A stretch of DNA of 64,000 nt from an uncultured Rhodobacter sp. (GTDB taxonomy: Bacteria > Pseudomonadota > Alphaproteobacteria > Rhodobacterales > Rhodobacteraceae): NCBI GenBank assembly GCA_965201085.1, contig CBDAVS010000005.1, positions 30,967 through 94,966 of the forward strand, read 5' to 3'. The stretch's first letter is position 1, and the number at the start of each line of letters is the position of its first letter. Below the pieces are notes generated by a model. The model did not search any database. It saw nothing but the letters and a program-made list of their open reading frames with translations, and had not been told where the DNA came from. Shown one piece after another: positions 46,901 through 55,566 of the stretch. The translations under genes and the position numbers were made by a program.

Positions 46901-48713
46901 CCACGTCCTTCCCCTCCGGGATCACGACCGGAAGGATCACGTAGCCGACCTGTTTCCCCTCCGCCTTTCGCATGACCCGCCCGACAGCCTGGACGACCTC
47001 GATCTGGCTCTTCCTCGGCTGCATGAAGAGAAGCGCGTCGAGGGCCGGGACGTCGACGCCTTCGGCGAGGCAGCGCGCGTTCGTCACCACGCGGCATTCC
47101 CGCGCCCCCGGCCGTTCCAGCCAGTCGAGGATCTCCGATCTGCGCTCGGCGTTGTAGGTGCCGTCCACGTGCCTTGCGGGAGTGGCGAGGGTGTCGCCGC
47201 TTTCCGAACCGTCGAACAGCCGCTCCACCTGCTCCGACGCCCTGATCGAGGAGCAGAACGCGATGGCGCTTCTCATCGGGCGGTGGTCGGATTCCGGGAA
47301 GCTCTCCGGACTGGCCTTGGCGAGCGCCTGCCGGCAGCCCAGCATGAGACCGGCGTCCTCCAGCTTCAGCTGCGCACGGTCGGCGTCGCCGAAGCGGCCC
47401 AGCTCCTTCGCCGCGACGTCCTCCGGCACGGTGAGGATCACCACACGGTAATCCGAGAGCAGCCCTGCCTCAAGGGCCCGGTGGAAGTCGAAATCGACCA
47501 GCGTCTCGCCGAACAGGTCGGTGTCGTCCATGGAACCGAGGGTGACGGACCGCCGTCCGGCCTTCCTCTTCGCGGCCTCGCTCCATATCTTCGGCGTCGC
47601 GGTCATGTAGAGCCGCCGGTCGGTCTGGATGAGAGCGTCGTCATGGATCATCGTGAAGGCCGAATCCGCGCCGTCCCCGGCGATGCCCGCCGTCCGGTGC
47701 GCCTCGTCGCAGACGGCCAGGTCGAAACGCGGAAGCCCGTGATCCCCCTGCGCGGCGGCGATGGCCGCGCTCGACTGGTAGGTGGCGAAGACGACGGTCA
47801 TCCCGCCGTACGGTTTCGACGCGGCCTCCGCGAGGCGTCCGGCGTCGGTTGTGGCCGGCACCGCGAGATCCGAAGGCGGCAGGTCGATCCGGTCGTCCTG
47901 GCGGAGCCTGCGGCCCGTCCGGGTGTCCGAGCAGACAGCGAACAGCCGCATGTCGCAGGTCCTGTCGCGGACCCAGGCGCTGATCGTCTGCGACATCAGG
48001 GCGAGGGACGGGACAAGGTAGAGGACACGGCCACCTTTGCCCGCGAGGCTCTCGGCCGCCCGCAGCGAGGTCAGGGTCTTGCCGGTGCCGCAGGCCATCA
48101 GCGCCTTGCCGCGTGATCCGGGATCCGCGAGACCCTCGATTATGTTCGCCACCGCCTCGGTCTGGTGCGGGCGCAGCCGCGGAGGCTCCGGCGGCGCCGT
48201 GGTCTCGCCGGTGTCGAACCAGACGCTCCAGTCGATGTGGGATTCCAGCAGACCGTGCCGTCCCAGGCGCCTGATCGGCGGGTCGACCTCGTCAAGGCGC
48301 CGTTCGGCGTTGGCGGACCATTCACGCCCGGAGGTCTCGATCAGGATGCGGGCGCCGAATTCAGGCCGGTTCGATTTCGCCACGAAGCTGTCGATCTCGT
48401 GCTGCGCTATCATGCCGCCCCTACGGCGGAACTTGCACTGGATGGCGGCGAAGCGACCGCTACCGTCATTCAGGTCGGCGACGAGATCGATGCCTGTGTC
48501 GTTCTCCTTCAGGCCCCGCTCCCGCGCCCATGTGGCGTAGGGGCGGGGGTTCGATATCTGGTTCGTCTCGACCGGATCGTTCGAGAGGTGGACCACGCAG
48601 AGCCGCTCGAAGGCGTCGCCCACCTCCCGGCTCCGGTCGCCGGAAACCCCGGCCCATTCATCCAGCTTCGCTTTCAGCGCCTCCGCGCCGGGTTTCGCCT
48701 GTGAGGATTCCAT
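43926..48713 (-). CDS. Type ISP restriction-modification enzyme (Mrr-like nuclease, SF2 helicase-like ATPase, N6-adenine methyltransferase and target-recognition domain), 1595 aa
   Basis: The probable start is ATG 48713 (MESSQAKPG...). The nuclease motif is TGIDLVADLNDGSGRFAAIQCKF. The helicase motifs are I (MACGTGKT), II (VCDEAHRT), III (MTATP) and VI (QAVGRVMR). The MTase motifs are I (ILDPFTGTGTF) and IV (VIVGNPPWN). The C-terminal part has ...VCYRPFVPMNCFVEYRLIARR... as in LlaGI/LlaBIII-type enzymes. Confidence 0.85.
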   Translation of the reverse strand: MESSQAKPGAEALKAKLDEWAGVSGDRSREVGDAFERLCVVHLSNDPVETNQISNPRPYATWARERGLKENDTGIDLVADLNDGSGRFAAIQCKFRRRGGMIAQHEIDSFVAKSNRPEFGARILIETSGREWSANAERRLDEVDPPIRRLGRHGLLESHIDWSVWFDTGETTAPPEPPRLRPHQTEAVANIIEGLADPGSRGKALMACGTGKTLTSLRAAESLAGKGGRVLYLVPSLALMSQTISAWVRDRTCDMRLFAVCSDTRTGRRLRQDDRIDLPPSDLAVPATTDAGRLAEAASKPYGGMTVVFATYQSSAAIAAAQGDHGLPRFDLAVCDEAHRTAGIAGDGADSAFTMIHDDALIQTDRRLYMTATPKIWSEAAKRKAGRRSVTLGSMDDTDLFGETLVDFDFHRALEAGLLSDYRVVILTVPEDVAAKELGRFGDADRAQLKLEDAGLMLGCRQALAKASPESFPESDHRPMRSAIAFCSSIRASEQVERLFDGSESGDTLATPARHVDGTYNAERRSEILDWLERPGARECRVVTNARCLAEGVDVPALDALLFMQPRKSQIEVVQAVGRVMRKAEGKQVGYVILPVVIPEGKDVDRLFEDSDQWKKVWQMVNAIRSHDPGFEAQINLFEETGVIGKLSIITVSQFTGLGERGDPPAPDPDPETPPVTHDAWDLQLTAAIQARLVERCGNRKYWEDWAGDVADIARRHIVRITAMVTPKRDGRDGDVETAAGMFDDFLEELRDDINPSITKEQAIEMLAQHAVTLPVFNALFRGDGSGDGFLTQSPVGQALDDFLKVIEPARKAETEGLEEFYRSVERRVEAAAGDTKARQRIISELYDKFFRNAFPETSKALGIVYTPVEIVDFILRSVEHIMGTEFSGSMADEGVHILDPFTGTGTFIARLVQSGIIDADALRRKFGGEIHANEIVLLAYYIASVNIQEAYAGVTGENRAFERICLTDTFRMDRDREDMIADLLKENSERRTAQMNADIRVIVGNPPWNVGQSEADYPKLRSRVTETYAERSSSTNRNSLYDSYKMAIRWASDRIGDSGVIGFVTNGSWLDGNADSGIRACLAEEFTSVHVVNLRGNQRTSGELSRREGGKVFGSGSRAPVSVFFLVKNPKAEHIGCRILYHDIGDCLTRERKLEIVAGAQSITGIADWRMIEPDAHHGWIGKREDGYGRLLPLGSKEAKAKRTDAGVTVFQLFSNGMKTGRDAYLYNYSRDACATNARRAIRNYTDALNELKELGAPQGLERLTERYSRHLRWDEGLCTNLIRKMEIPFSNENVRPVCYRPFVPMNCFVEYRLIARRYQQHQIFPYPETPNLAICVTGIGSTKPFSALMVDRIPDLHLLSFGQCFPRHRYERPDHRAGLPGLDPPLRKVDNITDGALARFRERYGNPAITKDDIFHYVYGVLHATDFRRAFPNALARELPAVPLARDFTTFAEAGLKLAELHTGYERCEEYPLELRFSGPGDPQPHDCRLTAKAMKFAGKGANPDRSVLIVNDSVSLAGIPPEAHGYEVNGRTPLGWFIDRYKITTDRNSGIVNDPNAWFGRPQDLVSVIKRIVYLSVRTSEILGALPPALEE

Positions 48714-49039
48714 GCCGCGCTTCCCGATATCCGTTCCGCCGGACGACTGAGTAACGTCTGCCGGCGCATCCCGCAATGATCGGGTGCCGCCGGCGGCGCG
48801 GGCGGTATTCGCGGGGCACAGGCGGTCCGCGGTATACGCTCCCGCCGCGCCCGTCGACCATGACACACGCTGACTGCGCCGAGCCGGCGGGACGGCCTCT
48901 CGGTTCACCGTATGTTCCGGCCTACCGCGCCCTTTTCCACCCCTCGGCCCCGGTCACATCCGCTGGCGGCGACACATTGCGCGGCGGTGGGCTTTCCGCT
49001 ATGGATGCATGTATCCCGCTGACGCCAGGGAGGTGATCG

Positions 49040-50323
49040 ATGGATCCGGATCTCGATGGTCTGAGAAGGTTCGCCGGAGGCGGGGACCGGGACAGAACCC
49101 CGTTCTTCACCGGCCGTTCGGCGCAGATCGACGCGATGGAGGAGACCTGTGAACGGGCGCTGGAGGGCTTCTCCGAAGGCCAGCCCGAAACGGGCGCCAC
49201 CCATCTCATCCAGGGAGCGCCCGGAGCCGGCAAGACGGCGCTCCTGCACGAGCTGTCCAGGCGCTGGACCGAGCGCGGCGCAGGGGCGCCTCTCCCCCTC
49301 TTCATGGAATTCGACACCCTTTACAGAAAGGAATCGCTCGTGCTGGAGATCGCCGAGGCGGTGGACCCGAAGGCCGCGGAACGGCTGCGGAGCACGACGG
49401 TGACGCATATACGCGGCGGCGTGAGCCACTTCGTGGACGCCGGAATGTCGCGGGAGACCTCGACCGCGCCGGAAGCGGCGGCCCTGAAGTTCCTGAAGAG
49501 GGCCGTTCCGGCCGATGGGTGGACACAGACCGTGTGCCTCATCGTGGACGAGATCCAGACGGTGGACAGGGGCAGGGCGAAGGCCGCACTCGTCGCCCTG
49601 CACCAGAACGTCGCTGACCTTCCGCTGGTGCAGGTCTACGCCGGCCTCGGCGACTCCCATGACGTCCTGAGGGAGGAGGGCCTGACGCGGCTGAACCCCG
49701 GGATGGTCCACGACATCGGCGCCCTTCCCGGGCGGGAGGCCGAGGAGGCGGTCGAAAGCATGCTGGACGGGTTCCGGGTTTCCCGCAGGGATGACGGGGT
49801 AGGGTGGCCGGAATATCTCGCCGGACTTTCCGAGGGCTGGCCGCAGCACCTGAACAGCGGCATGCGGGCGCTTGCGGCGGAGCTGCGGGAGACGGGCGGG
49901 AGGCTCGCGGACGTCAATGTGGCCTGCGTATGGGACCGCCAGCGTGCATTACGGGAGGACACCTACGGGTGGCGCCTGACGGACGGGATGCGCGATGCCA
50001 GATGTCTCGTCGCCGAGGTGATGCGGGCGGTGCCGGAGGCAGGCCTGGCGGGGTCCACGATCAAGAAACACATCAGGAACCTGACCCGCCCTCTCGACCA
50101 TCCGGAATGCGACGGCTGGCATCTGCCCAGGGACAGGGACGATGGGTGGTTCCTGAGGCACCTGGTGCACCAGGGGGCGCTTCAGCGAAAAGGCCCCACA
50201 CACTACCACTGCCCGATTCCCACCTTCCGGGAATACCTGATGAGGCTGGGCGGACTTCAGCCTGATCGGGCGGACCGACCCGAACGGGTGCGCGGCATGT
50301 CCATCGGCATCGAACCGATGTGA
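49040..50323 (+). CDS. P-loop ATPase (ORC/Cdc6- or archaeal-ATPase-like AAA) with a C-terminal winged-helix-like region, 427 aa
   Basis: A strong RBS (gggaggtga) is present. FFTGRSAQIDAMEE..., Walker A (IQGAPGAGKTALLHELSRRW) and Walker B (VCLIVDEIQTV) follow, and the C-terminal part reads ...WFLRHLVHQGALQRKGPTHYHCPIPTFREYLM. The gene is divergent from the Type ISP gene. Confidence 0.75.
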   Translation: MDPDLDGLRRFAGGGDRDRTPFFTGRSAQIDAMEETCERALEGFSEGQPETGATHLIQGAPGAGKTALLHELSRRWTERGAGAPLPLFMEFDTLYRKESLVLEIAEAVDPKAAERLRSTTVTHIRGGVSHFVDAGMSRETSTAPEAAALKFLKRAVPADGWTQTVCLIVDEIQTVDRGRAKAALVALHQNVADLPLVQVYAGLGDSHDVLREEGLTRLNPGMVHDIGALPGREAEEAVESMLDGFRVSRRDDGVGWPEYLAGLSEGWPQHLNSGMRALAAELRETGGRLADVNVACVWDRQRALREDTYGWRLTDGMRDARCLVAEVMRAVPEAGLAGSTIKKHIRNLTRPLDHPECDGWHLPRDRDDGWFLRHLVHQGALQRKGPTHYHCPIPTFREYLMRLGGLQPDRADRPERVRGMSIGIEPM

Positions 50324-50399
50324 CGGTCTACAGGTGTTCACGGTGATTTCCGCGAAGGATCCGCGTCAGGTTCGTGGAGGAAGGGTATTGGCTCTCCTG

Positions 50400-50868
50400 T
50401 AGAGCAAGAGATGGAAGGGGTGCCGCGACCCCCGAAAATCCCTTAACCCAACGCCGGGAAAGATCTTGACCGGGAAGCCCGCTGAACAACAGGGCACGCC
50501 TGTTTCGGGCCGTACGCTTCCTTCCGGACGGATATTCAGGCCAGCGCCACGTCCCGAAACGCGGGGCGACGGTACCGGCGATCCAGTCCGACTGGCGGGA
50601 GATCCTGCGAAGGGAACCGGAGCGGAGGCCCGGGCATACCAAACCGCTGCACGACGCCGCCGGTGACCTGCGCAAGTGCCTCGCCTTCGACGCCGTGACC
50701 GCGTTCCGCGTCCGGGACCTGCAGCTTCCGGCGCGGGAGAAGCCCGACGGTCCGGCGGAGCGGCACGCCAGCGCGAAGAGCGGCGGAGCCGTGGTGACAC
50801 ACGCCGCCTACGAGCGCGTCATCGAACCGAGGGCGGAAACCGGAATGCGGGTGAAGGAGCTGGAATGA
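50400..50868 (+). pseudogene. Tn5-like transposase C-terminal fragment
   Basis: ...IQSDWREILRREPERRPGHTKPLHDAAGDLRKCLAFDAVTAFRVRDLQLPAREKPDGPAE... parallels ...RWTMETWF..GSGTRIKAGGSGAADDLKKCLAFDAVTAVQVSDL of the 13.2 kb copy. Confidence 0.5.
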
Positions 50869-50879
50869 CGCAGTCAGGT

Positions 50880-51345
50880 ATGCGGTAGTGACGGGCCCGA
50901 AGGCTGTCGCCAGCTGTCCTGGAACATCGAGCGGTAACGGGTTCACGCCGGGAAGGAAGCGGCCGCCGGGACGGACCTTGGCGACCATGGCCAGGATCAT
51001 TTCCATGCAGCGTTCCGGATTTTCCCGGTGGGTGAACCTCGCTTCATGCCCCTTGCGGGCGCGGTCCGCGTCCAGCATCGCTTTCGGGCGCTCCAGCCCG
51101 ACCCGCTCCATTTTTCCGCCGGCGTTCCCCTGGTGGAATCCGGCGCCGCAGGCGAAATCCAGCCATCGCGGTGGACGGGACAGGCGGTCGCCGTGCCATT
51201 CGGCCAACGCTGACACCGTCCGTATCTCGAATTCGGTGTGCCCGGCCACGACGGGAGCGATGCTGCAGCGCCGGTCATGGAGCCTTGCGTGGAGCGGGTC
51301 GTCGTAGGGGAGGGTCACGTCATTCTCCGTTTTCGTTTTCCGCAT
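50880..51345 (-). pseudogene. Class I SAM-dependent methyltransferase remnant
   Basis: From ATG 51345 it reads MRKTKTENDVTLPYDDPLHARL...PPRWLDFACGAGFH (motif I) ...VGLERPKAMLDADRAR...MILAMVAKVRPGGRF. The region between motifs is too short. The 3' end runs into the antisense of the Tn5-like fragment. Confidence 0.45.
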
Positions 51346-51800
51346 GGCCCGGCCCGTCGCTCCCTTCACCGCCTTCAGTCCCGATAATGTCCGCCAGTAG
51401 AGCCGCATTGCGCCTTCCCGCCCTCCGGTCCCGGTACAGGAACCCTTCAAGCTCTTCCCTGACGAGACCGTCGAGCGCCGGAACGGATCCGCGCCGGTCA
51501 AGCAGCCAGGCTCCGGGCAGTATCTGGCGGCGGGAGCGAACCGCCGCGGGAGTGGCATCCGCTTCCTCCTCCGGCCCGCCTTCGGGCCGGGTGGCGCCAC
51601 CGGCGGCGAGCATGTCAAGGAAGCCCGTGACAAAGGCGTGATTCGCGGCGGCGACGGTGACGGATCTGTGGCTTCGCAGGTGTTCCTCGATGTCGGGGCG
51701 GAGAAACGCGAGCATCGCCGGTTTGTGCCGGAACTGTGCGACCAGGAACGCCCCGAGGATGGCCTTGCGGCGGGCATCTTCCGCACGCGACGATTTCCTC
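51320..51800 (-). pseudogene. 5'-truncated gene of unknown function
   Basis: The minus frame is open from about 51800 and reads ...SRAEDAARKAILGAFLVAQFRHKPAMLAFLRPDIEEHLRSHRSVTVAAANHAFVTGFLDMLAAGG...LDGLVREELEGFLYRDRRAGRRNAALLADIIGTEGG...*. Its stop overlaps the methyltransferase remnant start. I recognise no family. Confidence 0.35.
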
Positions 51801-51809
51801 CGCCTGCCT

Positions 51810-52223
51810 CTGATCCGGGCGGAGGAGAGGACGCTCCGGGAAGGAGCCTACGACGACCGCCGCTCAGGCGTGATTCGCGATGCCAGGTATCTTGTCGCGG
51901 AACTGATGCGGGAGGTTCCGGGGGAAGGCATGGTGGAATCCACCGTTCTGAACCGGATCAGGAACCTGTCCCGACCGCTGGACCGTCCGGACAGCGAGGG
52001 CTGGCATCTTCCCAAAGGCAGGGACGAGGAGTGGTTCCTTGACCATCTGGTCCACCGGGGGGTCCTGCAGCTGAACGCGGAGGGACTGCATTCCTGTCCG
52101 ATACCGAATTTCCGGACCCACCTGATGGTCAGGGGCGGGCTGGTTCCGGAGCACCCGCCACAGAGGGAGGCCGCGCCCGAACTGACCCGAACGGAACGCG
52201 GAAGGGGCATCGAAATTACGTGA
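51810..52223 (+). pseudogene. C-terminal fragment of a second ATPase paralogue
   Basis: ...RAEERTLREGAYDDRRSGVIRDARYLVAELMREVPGEGMVESTVLNRIRNLSRPLDRPDSEGWHLPKGRDEEWFLDHLVHRGVLQLNAEGLHSCPIPNFRTHLM... aligns with residues ~300-400 of the 49040 protein, at roughly 60% identity by eye. Confidence 0.7.
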
Positions 52224-52394
52224 CGGTTCAGTGCTTCCCGCCTTTCTGATTCTAAATCGATGACCGAAGTACTGTGACCGTCCACATAGGCGATGGAGCG
52301 GGTCTGAGCGGAGCGTCGGGCCGTCGCGGTTGCCGCGCGGCTGATCCTGCGTTATTTTCGACCGTACGCCCTCGCCGCCACGGGAGAGAAGCCG

Positions 52395-53300
52395 ATGATC
52401 TCCATCCTTAGCCCGCGCGAACCGGACACGGACGGTCCCGATCTGGACGGTCTGGAGGAATTCGCGAAAAGGGGAGACCGGCGGAGTGCGCGGTTCTTCG
52501 TGGGGCGCGCCGATCTGATCGATCTGGTCGAAGGCGCCTGCGCCATCGCGAAGAAGGCGTTCAAGGATGGTGAGAGTTTCGAAGGCGCGACGCTGCTGCT
52601 GCAGGGAGCGCCGGGCGCCGGCAAGACGGCGCTCCTCACCGAGCTCAGGCAGCGCTGGGAGAAGGCCGGCGGGACCGCTCCGACCGCCGTGAAGATACGG
52701 CCCGCCCATCTCGAGGATCCGGCCGAGGTCGCGGGGAGGGTCGCGGAGGCCGTCAGTCCCGGCTCGAGCGGGGAATGGCGCACGGAGCGGTTCTGGGAAG
52801 TCAGCGCGGAGGCCAGGGCCTTCGGGTCCGGCGGCGGCGGACGGAAGGGGCGCTCCGTCCCGCCCGCGACCGCCACCCTCGACGCGCTCAGGGAGAGGCT
52901 GCCTCCCTTCAGGTGGAAGCGTCCCTTCTGCCTCATGGTGGACGAGATACAGGGTGTCTGGTCGGAGGCGGAGCAAAAGGTCAGGCCGAAAGCGGCGGAC
53001 ACGCTGCTCGCGCTTCACGACGAGGCGCTGGGGCTGCCCATCGTGCCGCTCTACGCGGGCCTCGGCGATTCGCACGACATCCTGAGTAAGGCGAACCTGA
53101 CGCGGCTGACCACAGGATATGTCCGTAGTCTCGGGGCGCTCACCGGGGAGGAGGCCGAGGAGGCGGTCGACAGGATGCTGAAGGAGTTCCGGGTTTCCCG
53201 CAGGGATGACGGCGTCGGCTGGCCGAAATATCTCGCCGGACTTTCCGACGGCTGGCCGCAGGCATGCGCGCCCTGGCGAAGGGGCTGCGTGCGGCGGGCG
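52395..53300 (+). pseudogene. Third ATPase paralogue, with a 13-nt deletion and 3' truncation by an IS fragment
   Basis: An RBS (gggagag) precedes ATG 52395, followed by Walker A (LQGAPGAGKTALLTELRQRW) and Walker B (FCLMVDEIQGV). Relative to copy 1 the sequence cacctgaacagcg is missing after GWPQ (~53258). Homology stops at gggaggctcg near 53300. Confidence 0.75.
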
Positions 53301-53570
53301 GGAGGCTCGTGATGCGGTTCTAGGATATGCCGCATGGTCCCCCGGGGTTCGAAAGCGGGCGGTAGGCGGCTTTCCGGCCCGCCCCGGCGGGAAAGATCAC
53401 CGGCAGGTCCTTCAGCCATGCCTGGCCGATGTCAACGATGCGGTGCCTTACGCTTCCGTCGTGGAGTCCGGCGAGCGTCCCCACCGGACGGCGATCCATG
53501 TGGTGGAGCGCCTCCCGGAAGTGGACCCCGCCGGGGTCCAGCCCGCGCCGCGATGGCTGCCTCTCTGTCA
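53301..53570 (-). pseudogene. Tn5-like transposase N-terminal fragment
   Basis: The minus strand reads ...FREALHHMDRRPVGTLAGLHDGSVRHRIVDIGQAWLKDLPVIFPAGAGRKAAYRPLSNPG..TMRHILEPHHE. It is homologous to 10660-10950. Confidence 0.6.
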
Positions 53571-53942
53571 CAGACCCGGAACTAAATCCAGAAACCACTG
53601 CCAGGCACCGGTGGCGAAGCTTCCCGCTAGCGCCAGAACCGGCTGAAGCCCATGCACGGAAAGCAGGCCGGTGAGGACGAGCGCACCCGCTGTACCATAT
53701 ATCATGGCAGCGGTGGCCAGGACGCGCAGCGGAATACCCCGGCGGCGCGGGACCGCCGACATCCTCCTGGCGGATCTGGGATTGGGCACGGGCGGAACGG
53801 CCTGGAGATACCGTTCGATCCGGGCGACAGCCCGCGCCGTTTCCGCCACCTCGCCACGAAGCCGCTCAAGCTCTTGGCCCATGTCCGGGTTGCCGGTGGC
53901 AGGCGCGCCCGGATCACAGCCGATACGCGTGCCGTCTGTCAT
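53568..53942 (-). CDS. Small hypothetical membrane protein (124 aa; a predicted coiled segment plus 2 hydrophobic helices)
   Basis: An RBS (ggaaga) lies 6 nt before ATG 53942. The protein contains ...ELERLRGEVAETARAVARIERYL... then VLATAAMIYGTAGALVLTGLL and VLALAGSFATGAWQWFL. The C-terminus abuts the IS fragment and may be altered. Confidence 0.45.
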   Translation of the reverse strand: MTDGTRIGCDPGAPATGNPDMGQELERLRGEVAETARAVARIERYLQAVPPVPNPRSARRMSAVPRRRGIPLRVLATAAMIYGTAGALVLTGLLSVHGLQPVLALAGSFATGAWQWFLDLVPGL

Positions 53943-53944
53943 CG

Positions 53945-54184
53945 TTATCTTCCATGAACGCGTCGTCCGATAGGGACCCGCCGACCTTCGCGTGCCGAGA
54001 GACCCCCGGAGACGCCATCCGCATGTCTGCGGCGCTGTTCAGGACGCGCTCCACTTCCCACCATTCCCCCGCCGCCTCGCAGAGAGCGGCCTTCTACGGA
54101 GTCGTTCCAGGACGGTCCGTCGCCACGATTCGGAAAGACACCCGGTACCGCTCCCTCCCCCGGACTCGCGTTCAGCGGCGCCAT
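53945..54184 (-). pseudogene. Chimeric decayed duplicate of the 55566/55300 gene pair
   Basis: It has the same RBS and start (cggaggacagggcaATG, MAPLNASPGEG...) as the 89-aa gene. After frame breaks it carries ...AAGEWWEVERVLNSAADMRMASPGVSRHAKVGGSLSDDAFME, which matches ...AAGEWWEEERTRNSTAYMRIPSLGDLRYAKVGSALPDDAFMD of the 297-aa gene. Confidence 0.6.
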
Positions 54185-54315
54185 TGCCCTGTCCTCCGAT
54201 CCAGCGCTTGCTTTGGAACACGTGTATCGCCCTCTTTCTTAATCCGCAATCGCAGGCGCTTCGCCGCGGCAGTTGCCATACAGGCTATCTCTGCTCCTGT
54301 CCGTCAAACGAGCGT
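54181..54315. repeat. Direct repeat copy 1 (leader/promoter-like segment including TGTCCGTCAAAC)
   Basis: aatccgcaatcgcaggcgcttcgccgcggcagttgccatacaggctatctctgctcctgtccgtcaaacgagcgt aligns with 55619-55692, and ccattgccctgtcctcc aligns with 55563-55580. Both copies have the same orientation. Confidence 0.8.
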
Positions 54316-54406
54316 CTTGCCTTGACCGTCCTGAGAACGCATGGCGGGCGGGTCGGTCAGGCCTATCAAAGACCTCCGAAACACTTCAGTCAGTCTATCT
54401 CTCCAG

Positions 54407-55300
54407 CTATTCCCAGAGATCTATTCCGGTTCCCCTGACGGCGGCACGTGTTCTGTCCCTATACCTCAGTTCCGTGTCCCTGGCGACGGCGGGGCGTCTG
54501 GCATACGCGTCCCCGCAGAGCCGCGTAAACTCGCTCCTCGCGGTATCGCCGAGTGCCTTTTTCAGGATGAAAACAAGTTCGTTTTCGCCGTCGGGCGCCG
54601 CTTCGCCCCGTCCCACCGAAACCTCAAGGTTCCTGATGAACCTGGTGCATGAATGCCGTACCTTATAGGTTTCATCGGGGGTCCAGTCTTCGGGGACGAC
54701 CGCGCACAGTATGGTTTCCAGCGCGACCTCGGACTCGCTGCGACCTTCCTGCGCCGCAACGGAAATAGTATGTTCGTAGAGGTTACGGATCGATACCGGA
54801 GCCTGAGGATAGCCGAGTCCGGCGAAATGCCTGTCGAGCCGTTTCCTCAGTATGGTCCTGCGGTTCCTGCTCGCCAGGACATCGATTTCATGGACCAGCG
54901 CCTGGGCGTAGATGATCTGGTCATTCGTGTTTTTGTCCATGAACGCGTCATCCGGCAGGGCCGAGCCGACCTTCGCGTACCGCAGGTCACCCAGCGACGG
55001 TATCCGCATATATGCGGTGCTGTTCCGGGTGCGCTCCTCTTCCCACCACTCTCCCGCGGCCTCTCCCGCCGCCATTGCGGCGAAGGCGATCTTCCTGTCA
55101 CTCCACTTTCCGATTTTCCTGCCGAGCGACCTGATTTCCGCCGCGGCGGCGAAAGGCAACTGGTGGACCAGTTCAATATCCACCGTTGGCAGGATCGCGG
55201 GACGTCGTCCGCGTAGTTCCTCCATCACCGAAAGGTACCGCCGCGTCGTGGACTGGCGGATCAGGTTCATGTCGGCGGCGACGGCCTCGGACCCGCTCAT
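54407..55300 (-). CDS. Hypothetical protein (297 aa), no recognised domain
   Basis: This is an intact ORF. Its ATG overlaps the stop of the upstream 89-aa gene (GAATGAGC). The sequence is acidic with Trp-rich patches (AAGEWWEEERTRN). Confidence 0.6.
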   Translation of the reverse strand: MSGSEAVAADMNLIRQSTTRRYLSVMEELRGRRPAILPTVDIELVHQLPFAAAAEIRSLGRKIGKWSDRKIAFAAMAAGEAAGEWWEEERTRNSTAYMRIPSLGDLRYAKVGSALPDDAFMDKNTNDQIIYAQALVHEIDVLASRNRRTILRKRLDRHFAGLGYPQAPVSIRNLYEHTISVAAQEGRSESEVALETILCAVVPEDWTPDETYKVRHSCTRFIRNLEVSVGRGEAAPDGENELVFILKKALGDTARSEFTRLCGDAYARRPAVARDTELRYRDRTRAAVRGTGIDLWE

Positions 55301-55566
55301 TCAACTGCCCGCGCGAGCGCGTCGAGTCGGGCCTCGTCGGCGACCGCCTGCTCGTACAGCTCCCGGTCGCCGGTCCACCAGGCCTCCGCCGCGACCTCGA
55401 AAGGCGAAAGCCCGCCGTATTCCCAGAGAACCTCAAGCGCCGACTCGCAGAGGGCGGCCCTCTCGGGAGTCGTTCCAAGATGGTCCATCACAGCGCCCCG
55501 TACGGAGGCGCGGTATCGCTCCTCGCTCGCCCGTGCGTTTCCCGGGCTGGTTTTAAGCGGCGCCAT
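55297..55566 (-). CDS. Hypothetical small protein (89 aa), first gene of a coupled pair
   Basis: A strong RBS (GGAGGA) lies 9 nt before ATG 55566. The protein is MAPLKTSPGNARASEERYRASVRGAVMDHLGTTPERAALCESALEVLWEYGGLSPFEVAAEAWWTGDRELYEQAVADEARLDALARAVE*. Confidence 0.6.
   Translation of the reverse strand: MAPLKTSPGNARASEERYRASVRGAVMDHLGTTPERAALCESALEVLWEYGGLSPFEVAAEAWWTGDRELYEQAVADEARLDALARAVE

Noticed and set aside
45918-48116. 732-aa plus-strand ORF, with several shorter ones, inside 43926-48908
   Set aside because: It is antisense to the Type ISP gene, whose motifs (nuclease, helicase I-VI, NPPW) are unambiguous. The antisense translation has no motifs and has Arg/Gly/Asp-rich composition typical of GC-rich antisense frames.
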